Assembly (NCBI RefSeq): GCF_036321535.1
Contig: NC_087436.1
Coordinates: forward strand, 119,352,001-119,416,000
Origin: Camelus dromedarius
Lineage: Eukaryota
Length of the DNA stretch: 64,000 nt
Reading direction: 5' to 3'
The position numbers and the translations under genes are program-made. Below are positions 12,320 to 25,312 of this stretch, in pieces; positions within the stretch are counted from its first letter, which is position 1, and every line of letters starts with the position of its first letter. The notes beneath the pieces are model-generated. The model made no database searches. It was not told where the DNA came from and worked only from the letters and a program-made list of their open reading frames with translations.

Positions 12320-13500
12320 TAAATACTTAATTTTTTTTAGAGCAATTTTAGATTCACAGTAAAACTGAGAGGAAGGTACAAAGTTCCCCTATACCGCCTG
12401 CCCACATGCATGCACAGCCTCCCTGCCATCAACATCCCCCACCAGAGTGGTACCTTGTTACAGTCAACAAACCTGATTGACACGTCATTGTCACCAAAGT
12501 CCATGGTTTACAGGAGGGGTCACTCTTGGTGTTGCGGGGTATGTGGGTTTGGACAAATGTATAATGACATGTGTCCACCATTATAGTATCACACAGAGCA
12601 GTTTCACTGCCCTCAAATCCCCCGTGCTCCACCGCTTCGTCCCTCCCTCTCCACGAACCCCTGGTGCCTGCTGATCTTCCTAATGGCTCCATAGTTTGTC
12701 TTTTCCAGAACGTCACAGAGTTGGAATCATGCAGTATTGTCGCTTTTTCAGATTGGCTTCTGTCGCTGAGTAATACGTATTTGCGGTCCCTCTGTGACTC
12801 TCGACGCCTTGCTGGCTCATCTCATTTTAGTGCTGAGTGACGTTCCCTGTCCGGATGGACCACAGTTTATTTATCCATCGCCTACTGAAGGACATCTTGG
12901 TTGCTTCCAAGCTTAGCAATTATGAATGAAGCTGCTGTAAACATGTATGTGCAGTTTTTTTGTGTGGATATGAGTTTTCAGCTCCTTTGGGTAAATACCA
13001 GGGAGCCTGATTGCTGAGCTGAGTGGTAAATGTATGTTTTGTTTGTAAGAAACGTCCATACTGCCTTCCAGAGTGTCCATACCATTCTGCATTCCCACCA
13101 GCAGCGAGTGAGAGTTCTCCTGCTCCACGTCCTCACCAGCATTTGGTGTTGTCACTGTTCTAGTTTTTGGCTGTTCTAAAGGTGGTAGTGGTATCTTGTC
13201 ATTTTAATTTGCATTTCCTTGATGGCATATGGTGTGGAGCATGTTTTTATATGCTTATTTGCCATCTGTATATCTGCTTTGAGGTCTTTGGCCTTTTTTT
13301 AAAAAAAAAAAAAAAAAGAAACGTTATTTTCTGATAACTGGGTTTTAAGAGTTCTTTGTGTGTTTTGCATAACAATCCTGTATCAGAAGTGTCTTTTGCA
13401 AAAATTTCTCCCAGCCTGTGGTTTGTCTTCTAATCCTTTTAACATTGTTTTTCACACAGCAGTTTTTATTTTAATGATGTTCAACTTACCTATTTTTTTT
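12320..13500 (-). mobile_element. L1MC/MB-type 3' end
   Basis: Minus-strand ORF ...PNAGEDVEQENSHSLLVGMQNG...PLSSAIRLPGIYPKELKT (ORF2 C-terminal remnant) plus L1 3'UTR motifs. Confidence 0.85.
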
Positions 13501-13879
13501 CTTTTATGGATTGACCACCAGTTACTTTTTAAAAGAGTGTATTCATTTGTTTACTTGTTTAGTTTGGTTTTCATTTTGCTTGTCTTATCCTCCGTCTTTG
13601 ACATTTACAAAGAAACCTTTCATCTCAGTCCTCTTTCCTACTTTCTTTATTTTTATTTCTGAAGAAATATTTACTAAATCAAGACTGCTAGTGGGTGAGA
13701 TTTAAAATTGTGCCATCTGGAAAATACCGTGTTACTGAACGGTTCATTTTCTTTAGTCACTAGATGACTCTGTGAATTAGATCTGGTTATAGTGGGCTCT
13801 AAAATCTGTCTACATTTGGCTGGTTGGTCAGAGTACTCTTAAGAACTAGTCAAGAATTCAGGACTTGGAAACTTTTTTT

Positions 13880-15543
13880 TTTCTTGTGATTTTTGAAAAA
13901 TTGAAATATAGTTGATTTACAGTGTTAGTTTCTGGTGTACAGCATAGTGATTCACATATATATGTATATATTCTTTTTCATTTTTTATCGTTTTAGGTTA
14001 TTACAAGGTTTTGAATATAGTTCCTTGTGCTAAACAGTGGAACCTTTTTTATCTGTTTTATATATAGTAGTTTGTATCCACTAATTCCAGACTCCCAATT
14101 TATTCATTCCTCACCCCTCCCCTGTGGTAACCATAAGTTTGTTTTCTATGTCTGTGAGTCTGTTTGTATTTTGTAAATAAGCTCATTTGTATCATCTTTT
14201 TTAGATTCCACATTATAAGTGATATCATATATTTGTCTTTCTCTGTCTGACTTACTTCATTTAGTGTGATAATCTCTATGTCCATCCATGTTGCTGCAGA
14301 TGGCATTATTTCATTATTTTTTATGGCTGAGCAGTATTCCATTATATAAATATACCACAACTTCTTTATCCAGTCACCTGTCCATGGACATTTAGGTTGC
14401 TTCCATTGTATATAGTGCTGCTATGAACGTTGGGGTGTGTGTATCTTTTCAAATTAGAGAGTTCCCTCCGGATACATGCCCAGGAGTAGGATTACTGAAT
14501 CATATGGTAACTCTATTTTTAGTTTTTTAAGGACTCTCCATGCTGTTTTCCATAGTGGCTGCACCAAATTACATTCCCACCAACAGTGTTGGAGGGCTCC
14601 CTTTTCTTCTCACCTCCAGCATTTATTGTTTGTGGACTTTTTAATGATGGCCATTCTGACTGATGTGAGGTGATACCTCATTGTACTTTTGATTTGCATT
14701 TATGTAATAATAATCAGCAACATTGATGGTCATTTTAGTGTCTATTGGATGTCTGTATGTCTTCTTTGGAGAAATGTCGTTAAGTCTTCTGCCAATTTTT
14801 TGATTGGGCAGTGTGTTTTTTTGTTATTGAGTTGTATGAGCTGTTTGTATATTTTAGAGATTAAGCCCTTGTCAGTCACATTGTTTGCAAATATTTTCTC
14901 CCAGTCCATAGGTTGTCTTTTCATTTTATTTATGGTTTCCTTTGCTGTGCAAAAGCTTAAAAATTTAATTAGGTCCCATTTGTTTATTTTTGCTTTTATT
15001 TCTATTGCCTTGGTAGACTGACCTACGAGAACATTGCTACAATTCATGTCAGAGAATGTTTTGCCAATGTGTTCTTCTAGGCAATTGATGGTGTCTTGTC
15101 TTATATGTAAGTCTTTAAGCCCTTTTGAGTTTATTTTTGTGTATGGTGTGTGTTCTGACTTCATTGATATACATGCGGCTGTCCAGCTTTCCCAACACCA
15201 TTTGCTGAAGAGACTGTCTTTTCTCCATTGTGTATTCTTGCCTCCTTTGTCAAAGATTAATTGACCATAGGTGTGTGAGTTTATTTCTGGGCTGTCTGTG
15301 CTGTTCCATGGATCCATTGTGACAGACCCCACTGTTTTGATTATTGTAGCTCTGTAGTACTGTCTGAAGTCTGGGAGGGTTATGCCTCCAGCTTTGTTCT
15401 TTTTCTTCAGTATTGCTTTGGCAATTCTGAGTCTTTGGATTCCATATAAATTTGGGGATTATTTGTTCTAGTTCTGTGAAAAATGTCCTGGGTAATTTGA
15501 TAGGGATCACATTAAATCTGTAGATTGCTTTGGGTAGCATGGC
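13880..15543 (-). mobile_element. L1, 5'-truncated (ORF2 3' part + 3'UTR)
   Basis: Minus ORFs [36 protein letters not shown]..., [16 protein letters not shown] and MWYIYIMEYCSAIK. Confidence 0.93.
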
Positions 15544-15559
15544 TTTCCTACTTTATTTT

Positions 15560-15760
15560 TTTTCATAACACTTGTTACCACCTGGAATTAATGATGATCT
15601 GTGATGTTTTACATTTATTTGTACATCACATCTGCTGGAATGTGTATTTCATGAAGCTAGGGACATTGTCTGCCATGTTTCCCCCTGTATTCCAAGCCCT
15701 TATGACAATTTTTGGGATGTAGAAGATGCTCAGATATTTAGTAGAGAAATGAATAGATGG
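15560..15760. mobile_element. L2 fragment
   Basis: catgaagctagggacattgtc...gtattccaagccc...gtagaagatgctcagatatt...aatgaatagatggatg. Confidence 0.6.
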
Positions 15761-15879
15761 ATGCTTCTTTCTCAGCTGTATGGGACATGATGGAGGTGAG
15801 TGCAGATGCCACAGCTACACACTGGGCCTGCCCCTCGGAGAAGGTACTGCAGTTTCTCCCTCACCACCTCCCCCCAGCA

Positions 15880-17165
15880 TTTTTTTATTGTGATAAAATA
15901 CACACAACCTAAGGTCTACCATCTGAACCATTTTTAAGTGCATAGTTCAGTGGTATTATGTGCACTCATAATGTTGTACAGCCACCACCACCATCTCCTT
16001 TCATCTTGTAAAGCAGAAACTTTATAATTCCCCATTCTGCTCTCCCCCAGCCCCTGGCAACCACCGTTGTACTTTTTGTCTTTATGATTTCAGTAGCTCT
16101 TAAGTACCTCATATCAGTGGAATCACACAGGATTTGTCTTTCTGTGACTGGCTTATTTCATTTAGTATAATGTCTTCTCAGGATTCATCCATGTCGTATC
16201 ACGTGTCAGAATTTCCTTTTTAAAGGCCGAATAATATTCTGTCATGTGGATGATGCCACATTTTGCTTATCTATCTGTCCCATCAGTGGACACTTGTGTT
16301 CCTTCCATGTTTTAGCTGTAGTGAACAATGCTGCTATGAACGTGGTGTACAAATACCTCTTCAAGACCCCGATTTCAGTTATGGGGTTATATATCCAGGT
16401 GTGGAATTACTGGATCATTTGGTAATTCTTAATTCTCTTTTTAATTTTTTGAGGAACTGACACTAGCTGCACCATTTTCCGTTCCCCCCAGTAATGCACA
16501 GGATTCCAATTTGCCACATCCTTACCAACACTTATTTTCTGGGGGTTTTTTTGTTTTGTTTTTCATTTTTTGTTTTAAATAGTAGCCATCCTAATTGGTA
16601 CGAAGGGTATCTCAGTGTTTGCTCTGATGATTAGTGTTGCTGAGCATCTTTTGTGTGTTTATTGGCCGTTTGCATATCTTCTTTGGAGACTTTTGAGTTC
16701 TTTTCCATTTTTTAAATCTGGTTGTTTTGTTGTTGTTGAGTTTTAGTTCTGTCTAGGTTCTGGGAGGCAGCTATACCCACCACTATACGAACAACGTCTC
16801 TAGGTTCTGGATATTAACCCCTTATCAGATACATGATTTGCAGTATTTTCTCCCATCCTGTAGATTGCCTTTTCACTCTTCATAGTGTCTTTCAGTGTAT
16901 AAAATTTAAATTTTCGTGAAGCCCAGTTTTTCTAATTTTTCTTTTGTTTCCTGTACTTTTGGTATCGTATCCGAGAACTCATTGCCAAAACCAGTGCTAT
17001 GAAGCTTTGCCCTGTGTTTCTTCCAAGAGTTTTACAGTTACAGCTTTTGATGCATTTTGAGTTAATTTTTGTATACGCAATGTAATGAGTCCAATTTCTT
17101 TCTTTAAAATGTGGATATCTAGTTTTCCCAGTGTCATTTGTTGAAAAATGGTACTTTGATAAAAT
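15880..17165 (-). mobile_element. L1MB-type 3' end
   Basis: ttttattgtgataaaatacac...ccatttttaagtgcatagttcagtgg...cccagcccctggcaaccac; ORF2 remnant YTKINSKCIK. Confidence 0.85.
16764..16798 (-). pseudogene. Tailless retropseudogene of the 5' half of tRNA-Gly(TCC)
   Basis: Minus strand ACGTTGTTCGTATAGTGGTGGGTATAGCTGCCTCCCA vs tRNA-Gly-TCC 5' half as recalled, GCGTTGGTGGTATAGTGGTGAGCATAGCTGCCTTCCA (31/37). TSD tctaggttctgg at 16752-16763 and 16799-16810. Confidence 0.85.
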
Positions 17166-17869
17166 CTTTTCATGAAATAGAGAAAATGTTTTGGACATAA
17201 ATACTGCATTTAATGCACATTTCTGGTTTTTTACTCACCTCATGAGCATCATGACATGCCGAACACCGAGGCAGGCACCAGGACTGAGGGACAGCGCTAG
17301 ATTTGGAATCTGTAAAGCGCTCTGCCTGTGCCAAGCCTGGGACACTGTGCGTGGGGGACGGTGGCAGCGGGAATGCAGAGGAGATAACAGTTGAACAGCC
17401 TTGAAGGAAGAAGAAAAGAAGGGTGCATGCAAGGTCACAGAAACAGGAAGGGGCCTGATGATGTGGGGCCAGAGGAGTGTAGTGAGGGAGTGGGAGGAGA
17501 TTAGAGTGAGCAAGGCCAGCAGGAAACCGATTCTATTCGGAAGAACCTGATACACTCTGCGAGGGATTGATATTTTAGTCCCGGAGGCAAAGAGACCCAC
17601 TGCTATATTTAACCAGCTGTACCAGAGGGCATGAGTGGTGGTGGGTAAGCTGGCTGGGCAGCTGAAGGTAGGGAGGCCGGTGAGGAATTTGTCACTGTTG
17701 GCTGAAGTACTAATAGGAAAAAACAGTGGATGTACTTAACCTGAATTGTGCTTATTTGGTGCTACTCCTTTTTTAGAGGCAATTTACAGTTTCTTTGAGC
17801 AGTGACAAGTGAATTTATTATTGAGGCCTTTCTTCAAATTTTACCTATATCTTTCATTCACAAGCAACC

Positions 17870-18330
17870 AAAGATTTTGGCTTAAATTGGCCTCTAGGGC
17901 AGAAAAAAAAAGTCTCACATCACTAAAAGTCCAGAATTAGGACTGGCCCCAGCCTGATTCAGTTCAGAGCTTCACAGTGCCCCTGGGGTGTCCTCTTTGC
18001 TTCTCTGACTGCCTCCCTCTGCCAACTTGTTCTGCATCCACTCCGGGGGGGTGGAGGGCAGTCATCGAGCACAGCATTCTCTGCATCCTGTTCTCACACT
18101 GTCCAGAGGATGTGTTCCCTACATTCCCAGCAAAAATCTTGTGGTGGAGGGGTGTCTCATTTTCAAGTGCTCATTTCTGATTGGTCCCATGCCTCTCTCT
18201 GAGCCAATCTTCGTGGCCAAAGGGATGAAACATGCTGATTTGCATTAAGCTGATTAGGGCCCAGATGGGGGTGGCATTAGTCCCATTCAAACACTTAGTG
18301 GTTTTGGTTTTTCAGGACGCTGTTAACGGG
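17870..18330. mobile_element. MLT1-type (ERVL-MaLR) solo LTR
   Basis: gcaaccaaaga...tggcttaaa start; ctgattggtcccatgcc...gagccaatc...gtggccaaagggatgaaacatgctgatt core. Confidence 0.6.
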
Positions 18331-19479
18331 AAGGTGTGGGAGGCAGGGGGTGGGTGCTGAGCAGCGAATAGCAGATGTCACTGATCCCAGCTGTATTTCA
18401 GAATGTTGTGTTCTTTTTCTTCCTCCAGTTCCCAATTTCCTTTTTCATAGAAGACAGCGAGAGAAAGTCGATCAAAACTTCAGCCTTATGTTACCTCACA
18501 GCAGTTAGTGTCTGGAAAAGCACCTGATGATAGGCTCGTAGGCTGAGAAGTTCTTTAGCCGTGTCTTCTTTTGGTAGTTGATGATTGTATTCTATCTTTA
18601 AGATTATGACTTTTAAAAAACCATACTTGATTCACTGAGTTTACTGAGGAAATATTTGGCACATACCTAATATTATATGTTTATGTCTACATGGACTTTT
18701 AATTAGTATAGCACAGAAGACTAAAAATGCAACAAGTGAAATAGAAATAGCTTGAGCTTTTTAAATACTATATTCTTTTAAAATCTGATTATTAGTTCAA
18801 TGCTAATGGTTAATAAGTAAGTCACAATACATACATTCACCCAGTACACAAAGCCAGAAAAAGAATAAGGAAGCTCTTGAATAGACGTGGGAAGAGGAAT
18901 GCAGAAAAGTCTGTCCAGTATGCTGTTGTTTATATAGCTTTTTCTGTACACTTGATGGTGTTTCTTAATGAATTCAGCCTAAAATTACAAGGCAAACAGT
19001 ACTTATATGCAAAATTTATAATGTGGTAAAGTCACTCTAACAGCTGACAGTATTTGAATCACAGATAATGTCAAGTTGTTTTATACGTTTTCATTTTGTC
19101 AAAAGTTAGAACAAGAAGCAAAATCTCCATTTCCTCACAGTTTGCAACAGTACGTTGTCCTAGGTCAACTGCAGTTCCAGCAGCATTTTCACACCTTGGC
19201 ACAGTGCAAAGGAAGTGTCTGTATCTCAGAATCCATTTACTGCTCAGTGAGAAGCTTCCACCTAACTTTTGCTTGGGAGTGATTGATCTGCAATATGATG
19301 ACAGGCGAAAAGGCAAATAGTAAGGAAAGAATGTACCAGAATTCATAAATACCTTCTAAAGAATTAACATGTTCCAGTAAACCATGCCTGTGGATTAATA
19401 TCAATATTTAGCAGTATTTATCTCTGTGTGAAAAACATTTTCAAAGATGAAATAACATAAAATCTTACAAATTAGCATA

Positions 19480-22235
19480 TTAACAGGGAGGTTAGCTAAG
19501 GAAAAAAAAAATCTATATTGGAAAGAAAGAACTATAACTGTCCCTATTGACATATGACATGGTGTTGTATATAGAAACTTACAAGGAATGAAATTAAGAA
19601 AATTTCATTTACAATAGTATCAAAAGAATAAAATACTTACAAATAAAGTTAACATAAATGCAAGACTTGCATACTAAATATTACACAACATCATTGACAG
19701 AAATCAAAGAAGACCTAATAAATGGAAAAACAGCCCATGTTCATGATTAGAAGACAATATTGTTAAGACCGCAGTGCTCCCCAAACTGATGTACTGATTC
19801 AAGGCATTCTCTATCAGAATCCCAGCTGCCTTTGTTGCAGAAATTGGAGAGCTGATCCTAAAATTCATATATGGAAATGCAAGGGACCCAGGATAGCCAA
19901 GAGAATCTTGAAATCAAGAACAAAGTTGGAAAAGTGGGCAGAAGACCTAAATAAGCAATTCTGCAGTGAAGACATACAAATGGCAATAGGCACACGAAAA
20001 ACTCAGTGTCACTAATTGTCAGAGAAATGCAAATCAAAACTACAGTGAGGGATCACGTCACACCAGTCAGAATGGCCATCATTAGAAAGTCCACAAACGA
20101 TAAATGCTGGAGAGGGTATGGAGAAAAGGGAGCCCCTCCTACACTGAAGGTGAGAATGTAGTTTGGTGCAGCCATTATGGAAAACAGTATGGAGATGGCT
20201 CAAAAAACTAAAAATAGACTTGCCATATGATCCAGCAATCCCACTCCGTGGCATACATCCGGAGGGAACTCTAACTCAAAAAGATACATAAACCCCAGTG
20301 TTCATAGAAGAACTATTTACAATAGCCAAGACGTGGAAACAACCTAAATGTTCATCACCAGATGACAATGGAATACTACTCAGCCATAAAAAAGAATAAA
20401 ATGCTATTTACAGCAACATGGATAGACCTGGAGATCATCATTCTAAGTGAAGTAAGCCAGAAAGAGAAAGAAAAATACCATATGATATCACTCATATGTG
20501 GAATCTTAAAAAAGAGACACAAATGAACTTAATTACAAAATAGAAACATACTCACAGACATAGAAAATAAAACTTATTTACCAGGGGAAAATGGGATGAG
20601 AAGGGATAAATTGGGAGTTTGAGATTCACAGATACTAATTACTATATATAAAATCAGTATACAAGTTTCTTCTGTATAACACAGGGAACTATAGTCAATA
20701 TCTTATAGTAACCTATAATGAAAAAAGCATATGAAAACAAATATATGTATGTGTATGTATGACTGAAACATTATACTGTACACCAGAAATTGATACAACA
20801 TTGTAAACAGACTATAATTCAATTTTTAAAAAGAAAAAAAACTTGCAGGACTCACACTTTCCAATTTTAAAACTTACTACTGGGCTTCTGTAAGCAAGAC
20901 AGTTTGATAGTGGCATACATATGGCTAGATGTATGTAACAGAACTAAGAGTCCAGAAATAAACCTTTATAGTTTTGGTCACTTGGTTTCCAACAGGACTA
21001 TTCCAGTTGTGGGGAAAAGAACAGTCTTCAACAAAAGGTGCTGGGACAGCAGGGTAACCACATGTAAAAAGAATGGACTCCTGTGTCATACCACAGACAA
21101 ATATTAACTCAAAATGGATTATAGATGTAGATGGAAGAGCTAAAACTGTAAAACTTAAAGAGAAGAGTAAATCCTTGTGTCTTAGAGGAGGCAGTGATTT
21201 CTTAGATAAGAAACCAAAGCACAAGCAGTCAAAGAAGACATGTGATAAATTAAATTCATCACAATGAAAAACTTATGCTTCAAAGGCCATGGTCAAAAAA
21301 GTGAAAAGCCAACCCATAGAACTAGATAAAATATTTGCAAATCATGTATTTGAGATGGGATGTGTATTCAGAATAGATAATTCTTAAATGGGAAAAAGAT
21401 TTGAATAGACTTTTGTCCAGAGAAGATACATAAATGGCCAATAAGCACATGAAAAGATGCTCAACTTCATTAGTCATTAGGGAAATCAAAACCGTGATGA
21501 GATACCACTTCATCCTCACGAGGACGGCTGGAGCTAAAATAAGAAACACAGACAGTAACAAATGTTGGTGAGGATGTAGAGAAATTAGAACCCTCAGACA
21601 CTGCTGGTGTGATTGTGAAATGGTGTAGCTGCTTTGAAAAATAGCCTGGTAGCTCTTCAAAAGGTTGAACATAGAGTTACCATGTGATCCAGCAGGACCA
21701 CTCTTAGGGATGTACCAACAAGATGGAAAATGTGTCCATAAAAAACTTGTATATGAATGTTCATAGCAGTATTACGTACTGACAGTAGCCAAAATGTAGG
21801 AGCAATTCAGGCATCCATTAGTAGATGAATCGATTAAAAAGATGTGGTATATCCATGCAGTGGACTGTTAGTCATAAAAGAAAACGAAGTACTGATACAT
21901 ACTACAACGTGGATGAGCCTTTAAAACATTATGCTAAGCAAAAGAAGCCAGACACAAAAGTACGTGTATAATTTATGACATGCCCAGCATAGGCAAATCC
22001 ATAGAGACAACAAATTAGTATTTACCAGTGACTCTGGAGAGAAGAGGAATGGGAAGTAAGTGCTACTGGGTACAGTGCTGCTTTTAGGGGTGATGAAAAA
22101 AGTTTTAAAATTAGATATTTGTGATTGTTGCATAACCCTTTGAATTATACTAAAAGCCACTGAAATGTATACATTAAAAGTAAATTCTATGGTATGTGAA
22201 CTTTGTGTCTATAAAGCTGTTATTTAAAAAATGAG
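19480..22235 (+). mobile_element. Older L1MB-type element (ORF2 3' half + 3'UTR), split by a younger L1
   Basis: gaaatcaaagaagacctaataaatgg...; sequence breaks at aacaaagttgga (19930) and resumes ggactcacactttccaattttaaaacttactac (~20848); 3'UTR ends aaagctgttatttaaaaa. Confidence 0.88.
19931..20840 (+). mobile_element. Younger L1 3' fragment nested in the older L1
   Basis: agtgggcagaagacctaaataagcaattc...tatgatccagcaatcccactc...; 3'UTR ends acattgtaaacagactataattcaatttttaaaaagaaaaaaaa. Confidence 0.88.
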
Positions 22236-22269
22236 CATAAACAGATAAACATAATTGATTTTGATGATA

Positions 22270-22530
22270 GAGAGCACTTAATTTGAACCCCAATTAAGCA
22301 TTATTATCTCACACACAACCCCAAAAGAATTCCATTCTTCTCATTAGTAGACCTGTATTAAAAATTGTACTGAATTATATTCTGGATTCTAGCAATAAAT
22401 AATTGTGAAAATTTGTTTTCTCTTTTTTTGATAAAAGTACCTATATTGAATCCTTAATTTGTCTCTTGGCCTATAAAGTTATTTACTCTCTGGCCCTTAC
22501 AGGAGAAGTTTGCTATCCCTTGCTTCGGCA
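22270..22530. mobile_element. hAT-Charlie (MER58-like) fragment
   Basis: End motif tatttactctctggcccttacaggagaagtttgctatccctt. Confidence 0.55.
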
Positions 22531-22539
22531 CGGTGTTTC

Positions 22540-22850
22540 TTCTGCCTAGTCTTCCCCTCTCACCCTGGCCCGAACTTCTGTTCACTCTTTGAGACTCTGC
22601 TTCAGTGACCCTTCCTCCTTCTGTAGGAAGCCTTTGCCGACCAACCAGGCCAAGAATAGAGTGTGGCTCTTTGGTGTTTCCTAAGTGCTTTCTGCAGACT
22701 TCTGTAATCCCAGTGACTGTGCCACAGTTGTTTGCTTCCAGGTCTTTATTCCACAGTGGACTGTGGTGTCCAGGGACTGTGTTGTAGTCATTGTTACAAC
22801 CCCTAGTGCCACAAAGAAGACACTGACATGGTTGCTGGATGAATGCATGA
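22540..22850. mobile_element. L2 fragment
   Basis: cttcctccttctgtaggaagcctt...ccagggactgtgt...ccctagtgcc...gttgctggatgaatgcatgaat. Confidence 0.6.
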
Positions 22851-23019
22851 ATCCATATCCACGTGTAAACAGAGATGCTGGACAGCAAACAAAGCGAGTG
22901 CGACATACCTGTCTAGGTGGAGAGGACAGGAACTCTTCTCGTTTCTCTTCTTGACTTACAAGGTTTTCATTAAAACAAACAAACAACAGCTTTTGACTGT
23001 TAAAGGAGTATGACTGAAT

Positions 23020-23480
23020 TACAAGAAAAATTAAGGTATCCTATTCCTGCTCACCAAGAGATGAGCTCCTTGGTGGCCCTTAGTACATTTCTCTCAAGAC
23101 ATTTTAATGCATGGTAGTCGGTGTGTGTGTGCACCAAAAATGAGATCATACTGTGGTATAAACTACTTCTCTTATGTATATTGTGCATAGCTCTCTCTGT
23201 CAGTAAATATACTTCATAATCTCTGATGGCTGTAATGTCTTATTGCCTGGACGTATCGTAGCTTAGTTAGCCACACCCTCCTTAGCTGACATTTAGGTTT
23301 CTACATGTTTGCTGTTATTGACAGCTGTATGATTAACATCACTGTAGCTAAATCTGTGCACACTTTGCGGATTTTTTTTCCTTAGGATAAATTCCCAGAA
23401 GTAGAATTATTGGTCAAAAGTACATATACATGTTTAAGATTTTAGATTTGCATTGTCAGACTGCCCTCCAGAAGGACTTT
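23020..23480 (-). mobile_element. L1ME-type fragment
   Basis: gacatttaggttt...ccttaggataaattcccagaagtagaattattggtcaaaag...gactgccctccagaa. Confidence 0.7.
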
Positions 23481-25174
23481 GTGTCCATGTGAATTTTGAA
23501 AGTCCCTTCTGTCCGTATAATAAAACTTTATTTGGACCTTTGAATGTGTGTTTTAACTCTGCTGAGCTTTAGTACAGCTTCAGTAGAGAAACATGTTTAT
23601 AATGCTCCGTGAGGAGAAAGAGCCAGTCTCAGCAATTCAAACAGAATGGAGTCTTGTTTTCAGTAATTACACAGAACTTTTCTACCTTCTTTGTTTTGTA
23701 CACTGTGAACAATAGAGGAAAATTACAACATTTTTCTCTGCCTTCGGAAGCTTCAAATCTACATTGTTACGCTTCTGTCCTCTGTTCCTGGTAAAGGACA
23801 AGCCCTATCTCTAGAAGATACCGATAGTAAGAAATGGCAGGTTTCAGTTGCCATCCAGCCGAACACTTTAGATAAGTGGAGATATACTGATAGGTCTTAC
23901 TTGGCCATCAGACACATTTTCCCTTGGAAAATGGAATTGACACCACTCAGCCAGAAAATGTTTTTTGGTTTCATGAGATCTACAAACATGCCCAAGAAGT
24001 TAAGTAAAAAAGTATGTCAATTATGATGAGTTTAGAGAGAGAGATCCTTCTCTCACTCTTTGGTGGCATGAAAGTAATTTTTGTGTATTTGATCAAAATT
24101 AAAATTGGCTAGACAGTTGATGGTATCTGACTTGATCCTAAAAGTTCTTTTAATTATTATTATGCTGCTGCTTTATTCCATCTCATTCGTTCATTTGTAT
24201 CTCTTTCCTGAGGGCCCACTGTAGGCCAAATACTCTAGTAAGTAATTTTCTTAATTTTGCTGTTGTCTTTCTTTCTAATGTTTTTTTTTCCTTGTTGTCT
24301 GTCCACTGGTTTTAATCTTAATTTACCAAATGAAACGCTTTTTAAAAGGCAAAATGAAGTAGCAAAGCAATTAAAAATACTAAAATCTCAGTCTAGGGAA
24401 ATAGCTAAGCCTACATCTTGGAATATTATATAGTCAAAGAATTTGTAGTAACATAAGGGGAATGTTTACAGTAGAAGTTAAATCAAAATTGTACAAATAG
24501 TGTGAATTCAACTATGTGTTTTTTTAGAGCAGATGAAAAAGACCAAATCAAACAGACCAAATTGTTCTAATTTTTGCTGGGTGGTAGGATCTTGGATGAT
24601 TTGCTTTCTTCCTGCTTTTCAAATTTCCTTAGTTTTTATGACAGGCATATACAATCAAGGGGAAAATAAGCTTAAAATACTAATATAAAATATTTTATAT
24701 CTGTTGATTTTTAGACTCTGTAGATAGGAATGAGCCGTTGAAGTGTTAAATGTTAAAATCTGATAGAATATGAACACATTATTAAAGAGTAGGAAGTACA
24801 GAAGAGAGGACATTTAATTGTGTATGAAGTTTAGAATTTATGCTGAAATTTAAATGATAATACTTGAATTTACATATAAATGTCTGAATTATTTATGAGC
24901 ATTTACTATAAACATAAGTGGGTCAGAGTTATTGAGATCATAAATCCTAAATAATAATCTAATAATAATCTCAATAATAGATAACCAGACCAATGGATTA
25001 CCTACCCTGAAGTGCTCTGGCTGACGGTGTTCTGTGGTCTCTCATTTTATTAGTGTGTACTGTTGTAAATGAAAATATTTGGTAGGGGAATGTGTGTAAG
25101 TATGTGGGAAATAATAAGTGTTTGAAGTTTGTTATTTAGTGTTGGTCATTGAAACTTGTACAATCTTATTTTAG

Positions 25175-25312
25175 GAGAATGACATCTTCCTGGGCTGGGA
25201 AAAAGGAGCTTATAAGAAATGGGGAAAGAGTAAGAAAAAGTGCTCAGACCTAACTCTAGAAGAGATGAAAAAGCAGGCTGCTGTCCAGTGTCTTCGATCT
25301 GCTTCTGATGAA
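25175..25312 (+). CDS. KIAA0232: KIAA0232 coding exon 2 (138 nt, phase 0-0)
   Basis: ttttag|GAG AAT GAC; ENDIFLGWEKGAYKKWGKSKKKCSDLTLEEMKKQAAVQCLRSASDE; donor GAA|gtaagt. Confidence 0.95.

Noticed and set aside
14742..15540. 196-aa and 96-aa minus-strand ORFs
   Set aside because: Frameshifted L1 ORF2 remnants, not a host gene or intact L1.
24015..24136. C/D-box-like arrangement (ATGATGA at 24023, CTGA at 24127, short tcaa/ttga stem)
   Set aside because: No recognisable rRNA/snRNA guide, about 1 kb from the acceptor, and such motifs are expected by chance in AT-rich DNA.
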